Shown in pieces: positions 1 through 8,455 of a DNA stretch of 64,000 nt. The position numbers and the translations under genes were made by a program. The notes below the pieces were generated by a model. It did no database searches. It was not told the origin of the DNA and saw only the letters and a program-made list of their open reading frames with translations. Every line of letters begins with the position of its first letter. The stretch's first letter is position 1. This DNA is from Bacteroidota bacterium (GTDB taxonomy: Bacteria > Bacteroidota > Bacteroidia > Bacteroidales > JACABE01), in assembly GCA_026391675.1 (NCBI GenBank), contig JAPLDQ010000048.1:13850-77849 (forward strand). Reading direction: 5' to 3'.

Positions 1-1
1 A

Positions 2-601
2 AATAGTATTTATGGTGGTATTAACTTTAAAATTATTTCTGAATCTATTTCTGATATTAGTGCACAAGGACTAGCTATTGATGCAGGTATTCAGTATGTT
101 ACCGGACCAAAGGATAACATTAAATTTGGTATTTCATTAAAAAATGTTGGACCAACCTTATCTTTTTCAGGTGATGGTTTTTCTTTCAGTGGTACACAGA
201 ATAACTCAACTAATTCTCATACCATTGAAGAACGTCAGGCTGATTTTGAACTACCTTCATTAATTAATATTGGTGGGTCTTATGACTTTGTTTTAAGTGA
301 AGAACACAGATTAACTATTGCCGGTAATTTTACATCAAACTCATTTTCAAAAGATCAATATACTATTGGTGCAGAATATGGCTTTATGCAATATCTTATG
401 TTAAGAGCCGGATTTACCTATGAAAAAGGTATTTTCGATAAAGCTACCCGTTCTTCTGCATTAACCGGACCTTGTATGGGTATAACTGTACAAGCTCCAA
501 TAAATAAAGAAAAAGGTACTACATTCTCAATAGATTATTCATACAGATCATCTGATCCTTGGCAAGGTTGCCATACTATCGGTGCAAGATTTAATCTGTA
601 A
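2..601 (+). CDS. C-terminal part of an outer-membrane beta-barrel protein, PorV/LptO-like (T9SS) family; 5' end outside the window
   Basis: Frame 2 is open from base 2 to TAA 599-601; the track shows only the part after the Met at 386. It has alternating amphipathic strands, the motifs GISLKNVGP, LPSLINIGGSYDF and LRAGFTYE, and a barrel-type C-terminus (GARFNL). Family assigned from memory. Confidence 0.45.
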   Translation, partial: NSIYGGINFKIISESISDISAQGLAIDAGIQYVTGPKDNIKFGISLKNVGPTLSFSGDGFSFSGTQNNSTNSHTIEERQADFELPSLINIGGSYDFVLSEEHRLTIAGNFTSNSFSKDQYTIGAEYGFMQYLMLRAGFTYEKGIFDKATRSSALTGPCMGITVQAPINKEKGTTFSIDYSYRSSDPWQGCHTIGARFNL

Positions 602-650
602 AAACATGTTTTAAAACGTTAAATCGTTTAAAATTTTAAGAAAATTAATA

Positions 651-677
651 AAGACCCTTTGAATAAAGGGTCTTTTG
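651..677 (+). terminator. Rho-independent terminator after the PorV-like gene
   Basis: Perfect 10-bp stem AAGACCCTTT (651-660) / AAAGGGTCTT (665-674), GAAT loop, then a T-run. Confidence 0.7.
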
Positions 678-706
678 TATTATTAATAAATTAAGAACAA
701 AACAAT

Positions 707-1186
707 ATGTCTGGTATTGCTTATTATAATGAAGAAGGGCTTCAGAAACTGAAAGAAGAATTAGTACAGTTAACAACTGTTGAAAGACCAGCCATTTCGC
801 GTATGATTGCTGAAGCACGCGATAAAGGCGACCTTTCTGAAAATGCTGAATATGATGCTGCCAAAGAAGCTCAGGGGATTTTAGAATTAAAGATTTCTAA
901 ACTTCAGGAACTTATTAGTAATGCCCGACTTATTGACGAATCAAAGCTGGATGTTTCTAAAGTTTTATTACTATCCACTGTTATTATAAAAAATTTAAAA
1001 AACAGTGTTAGTATGAAATATACAATAGTTCCTGAAAGTGAAGCTGATTTGAAAAGTGCTAAAATATCTGTTACTTCTCCTATTGCTAAAGGATTATTAG
1101 GCAAAAAGGTTGGTGATAAAGTTGATGTGCAGGTTCCTGCCGGTATTGTTCCTTTTGAGATAGTAGAAATAAAAAGAAGTTTATAA
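707..1186 (+). CDS. greA: Transcription elongation factor GreA
   Basis: 159 aa. The N-terminal coiled-coil has the signature DLSENAEYDAAKEAQ, followed by a C-terminal FKBP-like domain. Confidence 0.9.
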   Translation: MSGIAYYNEEGLQKLKEELVQLTTVERPAISRMIAEARDKGDLSENAEYDAAKEAQGILELKISKLQELISNARLIDESKLDVSKVLLLSTVIIKNLKNSVSMKYTIVPESEADLKSAKISVTSPIAKGLLGKKVGDKVDVQVPAGIVPFEIVEIKRSL

Positions 1187-1226
1187 TTTATCTATGTTAA
1201 TTATTATATAAAGCCTTATTTACCTT

Positions 1227-1234
1227 TATCTTTG
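1227..1234 (+). promoter_or_regulatory. Candidate Bacteroidota sigma-A -7 box (TATCTTTG)
   Basis: Matches the TAnnTTTG consensus about 33 nt upstream of ATG 1268. Confidence 0.3.
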
Positions 1235-1267
1235 TACTTTACAAACTTTATAAACTTTTAACGTATT

Positions 1268-1669
1268 ATGGCAACGATATTTACAAAAATAATTCAGGGC
1301 GAAATACCAACTTATAAAATAGCTGAAGATGAGCATTATTACGCTTTCTTAGATAATTCGCCTTTAGCTAAAGGACATACATTGGTAATCCCCAAAAATG
1401 AAACGGATTATATTTTTGATATTGAGGATGCTGAATATGAAGGCTTATTCTTATTTGCTAAAAAAGTTGCAAAAGCCATTGCAAAAGTGATTCCCTGTCA
1501 GAAAGTAGGATTAACTGTTATTGGACTGGAAGTAAGGCATGCACATATACATCTTATTCCTATCAATTCAATATATGATATGGATTTCAAACAGCCAAAA
1601 TTAACATTAAAACCTGAGGAATTTCAGCATATTGCTTCAGATATTTCTTCAGCATTTGATGCATTATAA
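1268..1669 (+). CDS. HIT-family nucleotide hydrolase/transferase
   Basis: 133 aa with the histidine triad HAHIHLIP and the N-terminal IFTKII.GEIP motif. Confidence 0.85.
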   Translation: MATIFTKIIQGEIPTYKIAEDEHYYAFLDNSPLAKGHTLVIPKNETDYIFDIEDAEYEGLFLFAKKVAKAIAKVIPCQKVGLTVIGLEVRHAHIHLIPINSIYDMDFKQPKLTLKPEEFQHIASDISSAFDAL

Positions 1670-2230
1670 TGGCTTTTTAATTACTTTTTCAGGGTTTTTT
1701 GCAATAAAGCTTTTCCAGCCTGTAAGTTTAGTGTCTTCTTCACCTCCGATATCTCTTTGAAAGAAATAACAAACTGCAGCTGCTAAACCATCCGTTGCAT
1801 CCAAATGGACAGGCATTTCCTTCAGGTTTAATAGTTTTTGCAACATTGCGGCTACCTGTTCTTTTGAAGCGTTGCCATTACCTGTGATGGATTGTTTTAT
1901 TTTTTTCGGAGAATATTCAAATATCGGAACTGACCTGTACAAACCTGCTGCCATTGCAACTCCCTGTGCTCTTCCCAGTTTAAGCATTGATTGTACGTTC
2001 TTTCCATAAAACGGAGCTTCAATGGCCAATGCATCCGGATGATATTTTTCAATTAATTCAAGGCAAGTTTCAAAAATTTTCTTTAGTTTTATCGGCTGGT
2101 CCGAAAATTTGTCTAATTTTAAAACGTCCATGCAAACAAAACTAATTTTGTTGGATGTTTGTTTAATTATACCATAACCCATAATAGTGGTTCCCGGATC
2201 AATGCCTAATATTATTTTTTCGGTAATCAA
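1664..2230 (-). CDS. ruvC: Crossover junction endodeoxyribonuclease RuvC
   Basis: 188 aa with the ILGIDPGTTIMGYGII catalytic start and the LDATDGLAAAV motif. The start codon is TTG; there is no in-frame ATG upstream of the catalytic Asp. Confidence 0.9.
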   Translation of the reverse strand: MITEKIILGIDPGTTIMGYGIIKQTSNKISFVCMDVLKLDKFSDQPIKLKKIFETCLELIEKYHPDALAIEAPFYGKNVQSMLKLGRAQGVAMAAGLYRSVPIFEYSPKKIKQSITGNGNASKEQVAAMLQKLLNLKEMPVHLDATDGLAAAVCYFFQRDIGGEEDTKLTGWKSFIAKNPEKVIKKPL

Positions 2231-2244
2231 TTGAAAAATATTAA

Positions 2245-3264
2245 ATGTTTAAGAATACAAAGTTAAATAAAACTTATAATTTTCTGCTGAAGCTGCTGAT
2301 TATTTCCACTTCCTTCGGATATATAATTTATCAGCTTTTTTATAATGAAAATTATCAGAAAGTTTTTGATGCTTTTGTTTCTGATTTCAGCAGCAGAAGT
2401 TTAATCATGATGATGACACTCATGTTATTGATGATGCTGGTAAACTGGAGTATAGAAGCGTATAAATGGAGGTCTTTAATCATTAAAATAGAAAAAATAT
2501 CATTTGCAAAGGCATTTAAAGCTATACTTGCCGGTTTAAGTGTAAGTACTTTTTCGCCCAACAGAATAGGTGATTTCCTGGGAAGGGTATTTATACTTCA
2601 AAAAGCAAACCCCTGGAAGGCCATATTTATATCAATTTTATGCAGTATGAGCCAGTTAATGATAACATTATTCATGGGTTCAGTAAGTATTATTATCTAT
2701 ATACTGGCTTTTACTCATAAACAGGATATTTTTTCATCTTATATTTTATGGATATTTATTGGATTACTCGTATTTGCTAATTTTCTGCTGTTTTCAGTTT
2801 TCTTTAATGTGTCATTTATAAGTAAATTATTATATAAAATCATAAGTGATAAGTGGATAAAAATTAAAAAGTATTTAAGGGTATATTCCTATTTTAAATT
2901 TACTGAATTAAGAAATGTATTGTTATTCAGCTTATTGCGCTATCTTGTTTTTTGCACACAATTTTTTTTATTGCTTCGCTTTTTTGGTGTACCGCTGCAT
3001 ATTTTTGAAGGCTTTCTGATGATTTCTCTCATTTATTTTATATTATCAGTAATTCCGAGTATGACGCTGGCTGAAATAGGGATACGTGGTTCGGTTGCAG
3101 TTGCTGTTTTTGATTATTATTTCAATACAACACTTAATTTAAATGTCCATTTTAATTTTGGAGTAGTTGCAGCAACTTCAGTATTGTGGTTGATTAATAT
3201 TGCGTTACCGGCTTTAATAGGCAATATTTTCGTTTTAAAACTCCATTTTTTTAAAGTAAAATAA
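2245..3264 (+). CDS. Flippase-like / lysylphosphatidylglycerol-synthase-TM-region (UPF0104-type) membrane protein
   Basis: 339 aa and polytopic (about 8 TM). Its stop lies 1 nt before the GT2 start, suggesting translational coupling. Family assigned from memory. Confidence 0.5.
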   Translation: MFKNTKLNKTYNFLLKLLIISTSFGYIIYQLFYNENYQKVFDAFVSDFSSRSLIMMMTLMLLMMLVNWSIEAYKWRSLIIKIEKISFAKAFKAILAGLSVSTFSPNRIGDFLGRVFILQKANPWKAIFISILCSMSQLMITLFMGSVSIIIYILAFTHKQDIFSSYILWIFIGLLVFANFLLFSVFFNVSFISKLLYKIISDKWIKIKKYLRVYSYFKFTELRNVLLFSLLRYLVFCTQFFLLLRFFGVPLHIFEGFLMISLIYFILSVIPSMTLAEIGIRGSVAVAVFDYYFNTTLNLNVHFNFGVVAATSVLWLINIALPALIGNIFVLKLHFFKVK

Positions 3265-3265
3265 T

Positions 3266-4414
3266 ATGGGATTTCTCTTAATAGCCTCACTTCTGATTGC
3301 TATTGCTTATGCAGGGCTTATATTATCCTATGCATATTTTTTCTTAAAGCCAAAATCGTATAACGAAAGTTCAGCGAATAAAAATGATATTAAAGTTAGT
3401 ATTATTATTCCTGCCCGGAATGAGGCAGATTGTATACTTAATTTATTGGAATCTATTAAAAATCAAAGCTATCCATCACATCTTCTGGAAGTTGTAATTG
3501 TTGATGATGCTTCAACAGATGACACTTATACAGTTACAAATGAGTTTGTTTTACAGCATCCGGGTTTAAATTGTAAAATAATAAAGCTGGAAGATGTAAA
3601 TACTACCAAGACCTATAAAAAACATGCAATCAGTAAAGCAATGGAGCTGATAAGCGGTGATTTAGTAGTTTCAACCGATGCTGATTGTATTGCAGGAAAA
3701 GACTGGATTGCCGAAATAGTAAGCATATATAAACAAACACAGGCAAAAATGATAGTTGGCCTGGTTGCCTATAATAATGATACAACAGTTTTTCAGAAAA
3801 TGCAACATCTGGAGTTTTTGAGTTTAATTGCATCAGGAGCTGCTGCAGTAAATTCCGGCTCGCCAATTATGTGCAATGGCGCAAACCTGGTTTATGAAAG
3901 AAAAGCTTTTAAAGCAGTTAATGGATTTAATGCTAACAATCAATATGCCTCCGGTGATGATGTTTTCCTGCTATTAAAAATAAAAAAATATTTTGGTAAG
4001 AAAAGTATAGTGGTAGCTGACAGCAAAAATGCAATAGTTTATACTGAAGCTAAAAAAACGTTGTCTGAATTTACACAGCAGCGCATAAGATGGGCATCCA
4101 AAGCCAAAGGATACCGGGATTTATCCATTCTTTTTGTTGCAGCTGTGGTATTTGCTTTTAATTTTTGTATAATCTCAACATTTATACTTGGATTTTTTAA
4201 TTCAATTTTCTTCTTAGCATCAGTTTTTCTTTTTAGTATTAAATTGATTGTTGATTTCCCTGTATTATTTAGCATTTGCAATTACTTAAACCGAAAAGAT
4301 TTATTACTTTTTTATTTGCCACTTCAATTGCTCTACTTGCCGTATCTATTATTAATTGGCACAATCAGCAATTTTGTAAGTTATTCATGGAAAGGCAGAA
4401 AGATAGAAACTTAA
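3266..4414 (+). CDS. Family-2 glycosyltransferase, membrane-anchored, processive type
   Basis: Contains IIIPARNE, VVIVDDASTDDT, a DADC motif, the QQRIRW (QxxRW) motif, and C-terminal TM helices. Confidence 0.8.
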   Translation: MGFLLIASLLIAIAYAGLILSYAYFFLKPKSYNESSANKNDIKVSIIIPARNEADCILNLLESIKNQSYPSHLLEVVIVDDASTDDTYTVTNEFVLQHPGLNCKIIKLEDVNTTKTYKKHAISKAMELISGDLVVSTDADCIAGKDWIAEIVSIYKQTQAKMIVGLVAYNNDTTVFQKMQHLEFLSLIASGAAAVNSGSPIMCNGANLVYERKAFKAVNGFNANNQYASGDDVFLLLKIKKYFGKKSIVVADSKNAIVYTEAKKTLSEFTQQRIRWASKAKGYRDLSILFVAAVVFAFNFCIISTFILGFFNSIFFLASVFLFSIKLIVDFPVLFSICNYLNRKDLLLFYLPLQLLYLPYLLLIGTISNFVSYSWKGRKIET

Positions 4415-4495
4415 ATTATTTTTTAAAGTTTTCTAAATTTCTGTTACTTAACAATGAATTTATTATTGTATATTTACAACACTAAAAAAACGAGC

Positions 4496-6244
4496 ATGGA
4501 AAAGCGGTGGGTTTTAAAGAAAAGTGGTGATACTCAAATAATAAAACAATTACAACAGTCATTGAATATTAATATTCATTTGGCAAACTTATTGGTGCAA
4601 AGAGGAATTTCTACTTTTGATGAAGCTAAATCTTTTTTTCGCCCACAACTTTCTGACCTGCATGATCCTTTTTTGATGACTGATATGACCGTAGCCATTG
4701 ACAGAATTGAAAAGGCAATTGAAAAACAGGAAAAAATACTCGTTTATGGTGATTATGATGTTGACGGAACCAGTGCTGTGGCTTTAGTTTATTCATTCCT
4801 GAAAGCGTTTTATGATAATGTAGATTTTTATATTCCTGACCGCTATTCCGAAGGTTACGGTATTTCTTATGCCGGTATCGATTTTGCTTCAGCAAATAAC
4901 TTTAAGCTCATTATAGCACTCGATTGCGGGATAAAAGCGATGGAACAGATAGCCTATGCCAATTTAAAAGGCATAGATTTTATTATTGGCGACCATCACC
5001 GTCCGGGTGATACCATCCCTGATGCAATTGCGGTTTTAGATCCAAAAAGAAATGATTCTACCTATCCTTATGATGAATTATCCGGTTGTGGTATTGGATT
5101 TAAAATAATACAGGCTTATGCTCAAAAAAACAATATTCCATTTCAGGAATTGGAAAAGTATCTTGATTTAGTTGCTATTAGTATTGCTTCCGACATAGTT
5201 CCTATTACAGGTGAGAACAGAATACTTGCCTATTATGGATTAAAATTGATAAATACCAATCCCCGGCCTGGTCTTGAAGCAATATTGAAATACAGCAATG
5301 TTTGTAAAAATGAAGACAATTGCGATGAAAACGAAAAGTTTTTTAAACGCGAATTATCAATAAATGATCTGGTATTTCTGGTAAGTCCGCGTATAAATGC
5401 TGCAGGACGTATTGAAACCGGCCGAAGTTCTGTTGAATTACTGATTTGTAAAGACATGGAAGCAGCCATGGTATTTGGTGAGTTAATAAACAATAATAAT
5501 ACGGAAAGAAAAAGTCTGGATTCCACTGCAACTCAACAAGCTTTGGATTTTATAAAATCGGATGATTTTCTTCAGAACAGTAAAAGTACTGTAGTTTATA
5601 ATCCTGAATGGAACAAAGGTGTCGTTGGTATTGTAGCTTCGAGATTAACAGAAGAATATTACCGTCCTACCATCGTTTTAACGCAATCTAATGGCTTAAT
5701 TACAGGTTCTGCCAGAAGTGTTAAGGATTTTGATATTTATGACGCTATCGAAGCCTGTAGTCCTTTATTGGAACATTTTGGCGGTCATAAATATGCAGCA
5801 GGATTATCATTAAAACCCGAAAATTTTGAAGCCTTCCGTTTTCAGTTCGAAGAAGTAGTTAATGCTACCATAACAGTGGAGATGCAAACACCTGAAATTG
5901 AAATTGACGACTGTATTCAGTTAAATGATATCAACACAAAATTTTACAGTGTTCTCAGGCAATTTGCGCCCTTCGGGCCCGGCAATATGTCTCCTGTCTT
6001 TCAGTCGGATAATGTTAAGGACACTGGTTATTCCCGTATTGTCGGAAATAATCACATCAAACTTTCAGTAATAAATCCTGATGTAGCCAGTTTCCCTATT
6101 TCCGGTATTGCTTTTCAGCATGGGGAATATTTTCAGGCTATCCAGAAAGGATTTCCATTTTCTATTTGTTACCATATCGAAGAAAACGAATGGAATGGGA
6201 AAACAAGCTTGCAGCTGAATGTAAAGGATATCAGATTTGAATAG
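4496..6244 (+). CDS. recJ: Single-stranded-DNA-specific exonuclease RecJ
   Basis: DHH motifs (VYGDYDVDGTS, ALDCG, GDHH) and a DHHA1 region (GGHKYAAG). The start is taken at MEKRW (4496); the track ORF starts at the upstream ATG 4454. Confidence 0.9.
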   Translation: MEKRWVLKKSGDTQIIKQLQQSLNINIHLANLLVQRGISTFDEAKSFFRPQLSDLHDPFLMTDMTVAIDRIEKAIEKQEKILVYGDYDVDGTSAVALVYSFLKAFYDNVDFYIPDRYSEGYGISYAGIDFASANNFKLIIALDCGIKAMEQIAYANLKGIDFIIGDHHRPGDTIPDAIAVLDPKRNDSTYPYDELSGCGIGFKIIQAYAQKNNIPFQELEKYLDLVAISIASDIVPITGENRILAYYGLKLINTNPRPGLEAILKYSNVCKNEDNCDENEKFFKRELSINDLVFLVSPRINAAGRIETGRSSVELLICKDMEAAMVFGELINNNNTERKSLDSTATQQALDFIKSDDFLQNSKSTVVYNPEWNKGVVGIVASRLTEEYYRPTIVLTQSNGLITGSARSVKDFDIYDAIEACSPLLEHFGGHKYAAGLSLKPENFEAFRFQFEEVVNATITVEMQTPEIEIDDCIQLNDINTKFYSVLRQFAPFGPGNMSPVFQSDNVKDTGYSRIVGNNHIKLSVINPDVASFPISGIAFQHGEYFQAIQKGFPFSICYHIEENEWNGKTSLQLNVKDIRFE

Positions 6245-6252
6245 GGGTGAAG

Positions 6253-6286
6253 AGTACTTAAAGTACTTGGAGTACTTGGAGTTGGG
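6253..6286. repeat. 9-nt near-tandem word repeat (AGTACTTAA/AGTACTTGG x3.5)
   Basis: Read directly from the sequence. It begins 9 nt after the recJ stop. Confidence 0.8.
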
Positions 6287-6307
6287 CTTAACATCTTAAT
6301 TCAAAAA

Positions 6308-6356
6308 TCGTTAATCGTTGTTCTAAAATCAAAAAATAGCGATTAACGATTAACGA
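6308..6356. repeat. Perfect 12-bp inverted repeat built from a repeated word
   Basis: TCGTTAATCGTT (6308-6319) pairs with AACGATTAACGA (6345-6356) across a 25-nt loop. Each arm is itself a stutter of CGTTAAT. Confidence 0.8.
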
Positions 6357-6548
6357 ATGAAGAAGTATAGAGTAAGTGTATTTTATAAATACCATAGCTG
6401 CAAATATTAGCATATACATCGTTACTTTTGTCATTCTGAACGCTAGTGAAGAATCTCAATAGAATAAAAAATATAATAAATTTGAAATGTTTCTCATATT
6501 GAATGCGAGATCAATATAACAAAAGCAAGAATTTCATAAATATAGCAC

Positions 6549-6586
6549 AAAATCACCAAATCACCAATTCACCAAATCACCAAATT
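6549..6586. repeat. Octamer microsatellite (AAATCACC x4.5)
   Basis: aaatcacc aaatcacc aattcacc aaatcacc aaatt. The reverse complement recurs at 17551-17583. Confidence 0.85.
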
Positions 6587-6590
6587 AATC

Positions 6591-6795
6591 CACTTTGCCC
6601 TTGCGTTAAAAAAGCAAGCTATAAATTATTTCAGATTGCCACAACTTTATAAAAGCAAGATTGAAATGAATCTGATTTGTCCTTGCGTTAAAAAAGCTAG
6701 CTAGAAAAAAATCCGCCCAGCCCTGGCGTTAAAAAAGCCAGTTAAAAATACCTCTGGAATGCTCCAGTGTTTAAAAAGTTAGCTCAAAATAAAAT
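6591..6795. repeat. Five-unit 41-bp tandem array with an internal hairpin core (GCGTTAAAAAAGC)
   Basis: Units start at 6591, 6632, 6673, 6714 and 6755. By manual count U1/U3 match at 31/41 and U1/U4 at 29/41. See findings. Confidence 0.8.
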
Positions 6796-6890
6796 TAATA
6801 TTATAATGCTAAATTTTTGTTAACAACATTAAAATATTTCATTATACATAGCGTTAATAGCCTGTACTAACCAATTAAAATTCTATCTTT

Positions 6891-7649
6891 ATGTCACAAA
6901 AAATGAATCGAATGGTCTTAAGCACACTCAGAAACAGCGAATTTACGATATTCGTTAATCAAGTTGCAGGAATTACTGTTAAGCACAATCCCAACATTTT
7001 GCATTTAGCTAAGCCTTTTGAAAAACTAAATTTATTATTGCCTGAAATGGCAAAAATTAAAGCCCACGAACAGGGCAGTGTACTCAGTAATAAATTACAT
7101 GATTTGGATTACGAGCGCGATCTCCTGTTAAATGCCATAATGGCACAAGTTAAAACCCTGAGCAAATTAAATTTGCCAAGTTTAAAACCTCACACTACTG
7201 TCCTGAATAATTTTTTTGATAAGCATGGACATGATATTGCCAACGCAACCTACAATGCCGAAACCAAACGTATTGAAGACCTTTTGGCTGATTATGAAAA
7301 TACATCAGATGTAAAATCAGCATTTGCCGGATTAAATATTGATATTTTAATCAATCAGCTTAAAGTAGTAAACAAGGATTTTGCCGATTTATTTATGCAA
7401 CGCAACGAAGCTGAAGCAGCAGCCGAAAAAGTTAATACTCGTGCTATTCGTTTAAAAACTGAAAGAGTTTTTATTGACTTTTTAAATGCCATTGAATATT
7501 GCAGTACGGAATACGAAGAGTTGGATTATACGCCTTTATGCAATGAATTGAACGATTTGATTACGTATTATAAAACCCAGCTTAAAGCCCGTATTACCCG
7601 CCGAAATACCGGTAAAGATATAAGTGTAGAGCCCGCAATTGAAAAATAA
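6891..7649 (+). CDS. Hypothetical all-helical protein, resembles Bacteroidota DUF6261 (HagB-annotated) family
   Basis: 252 aa with no signal peptide or TM. The N-terminal L.TLRNSEF..FVNQV pattern recalls DUF6261 (from memory). It has its own strong terminator. Confidence 0.55.
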   Translation: MSQKMNRMVLSTLRNSEFTIFVNQVAGITVKHNPNILHLAKPFEKLNLLLPEMAKIKAHEQGSVLSNKLHDLDYERDLLLNAIMAQVKTLSKLNLPSLKPHTTVLNNFFDKHGHDIANATYNAETKRIEDLLADYENTSDVKSAFAGLNIDILINQLKVVNKDFADLFMQRNEAEAAAEKVNTRAIRLKTERVFIDFLNAIEYCSTEYEELDYTPLCNELNDLITYYKTQLKARITRRNTGKDISVEPAIEK

Positions 7650-7688
7650 AACAATGTATTATTAAACCGGATTTTTCAAAAAATAAAA

Positions 7689-7720
7689 AATGCTACAACA
7701 TCAGATTTGTGGCATTTTTT
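7689..7720 (+). terminator. Rho-independent terminator of the 6891-7649 ORF
   Basis: 10-bp stem AATGCTACAA / TTGTGGCATT with one G-U pair, an 8-nt loop and a T6 tail. Confidence 0.7.
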
Positions 7721-7882
7721 ATTTAATACGGATTAATAAGCATTTACATATATTAATAAGACGTAATTACTTCATGATAAAATTATTTCTCTCCTTACAA
7801 ATTAAATCATCAAAGCCTTCCATTATATTTTAAATAATTAAATAAAGAATGTTCATCTTTAAATTATTATTCAGAATGTCCC

Positions 7883-7903
7883 AAAAATCACATTGTGATT
7901 TTT
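7883..7903. promoter_or_regulatory. Perfect 10-bp palindrome AAAAATCACA-T-TGTGATTTTT (possible dimeric DNA-binding site)
   Basis: The arms are exact reverse complements with a 1-nt spacer. A 1-nt loop cannot form a hairpin, so this is more likely an operator than an RNA stem. Confidence 0.3.
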
Positions 7904-8455
7904 AATTTTCATTTCTATATTCCTTATTTTGTGTATGTTGAAAAATATTTATTTTTAAATATAACATAAACGCAACTGCGCTTGTAATCTCTTTCTTCAT
8001 CATCTATATTTGTTGAATTATTTAATAAGTATAACTACTTGGACGTATATCCAAAGAATTACATCGTTTATATAAAAAATAATTACGATTAAAGAAATTA
8101 TAACACGCTATTTTTATCGGAATAGATAATAATTATTTTTATATGCAAGTATTTTTATATTAAAATATAGTATAAAACATTAATTCTAAGTTATTGAAAT
8201 ACAATTTCTTTCAAATACCATTTAAATGTCATTTTAATTTAAATATTAAACAGTTAACATTCAATTATCTGAATAATATAAATATCACGTTATCATTTAA
8301 ATATCACATAAACATCACTTTACTAGGTTTTCTTTTTTACAGAATTATATTTGTGAAATAATTAACAGTGCTATCTACCATTAATTGAAATCTCCTCAAT
8401 CGAAAATTATTTCCTTGAGTTTTTATAAACCTAAACAATATAAAACAATTTAATT

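Noticed and set aside
4276-4485. 69-aa ORF bridging the glycosyltransferase end and the recJ start
   Set aside because: It overlaps the GT2 C-terminal TM region out of frame and gives a low-complexity translation. The recJ upstream extension (4454-4495) likewise adds no conserved residues.
6429-6456. gtcattctgaacgctagtgaagaatctc motif, which I recall seeing as a dispersed element in other Bacteroidota genomes
   Set aside because: There is only one copy in this window and only a 5-bp internal inverted repeat (ATTCT/AGAAT). I cannot substantiate repeat status without a genome-wide search.
6591-6795. Possible CRISPR array
   Set aside because: The units are contiguous 41-mers that diverge from each other by 25-30%. 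There is no alternation of conserved repeats with unique spacers, and no cas genes occur in the window.
7902-8003. 33-codon minus-strand ORF (MMKKEITSAVAFMLYLKINIFQHTQNKEYRNEN) in the long AT-rich spacer
   Set aside because: It shows no signal, TM or known motif. An ORF of this size is expected by chance in AT-rich DNA, and there is no supporting promoter or terminator.
7730-8455. Invertible (phase-variable) promoter flanked by inverted repeats upstream of the giant surface-protein gene
   Set aside because: The only flanking inverted repeat I found is 9 bp of pure A/T (AATTATTTC at about 7782 / GAAATAATT at about 8355). This is easily explained by chance in this composition, and no recombinase gene is nearby.
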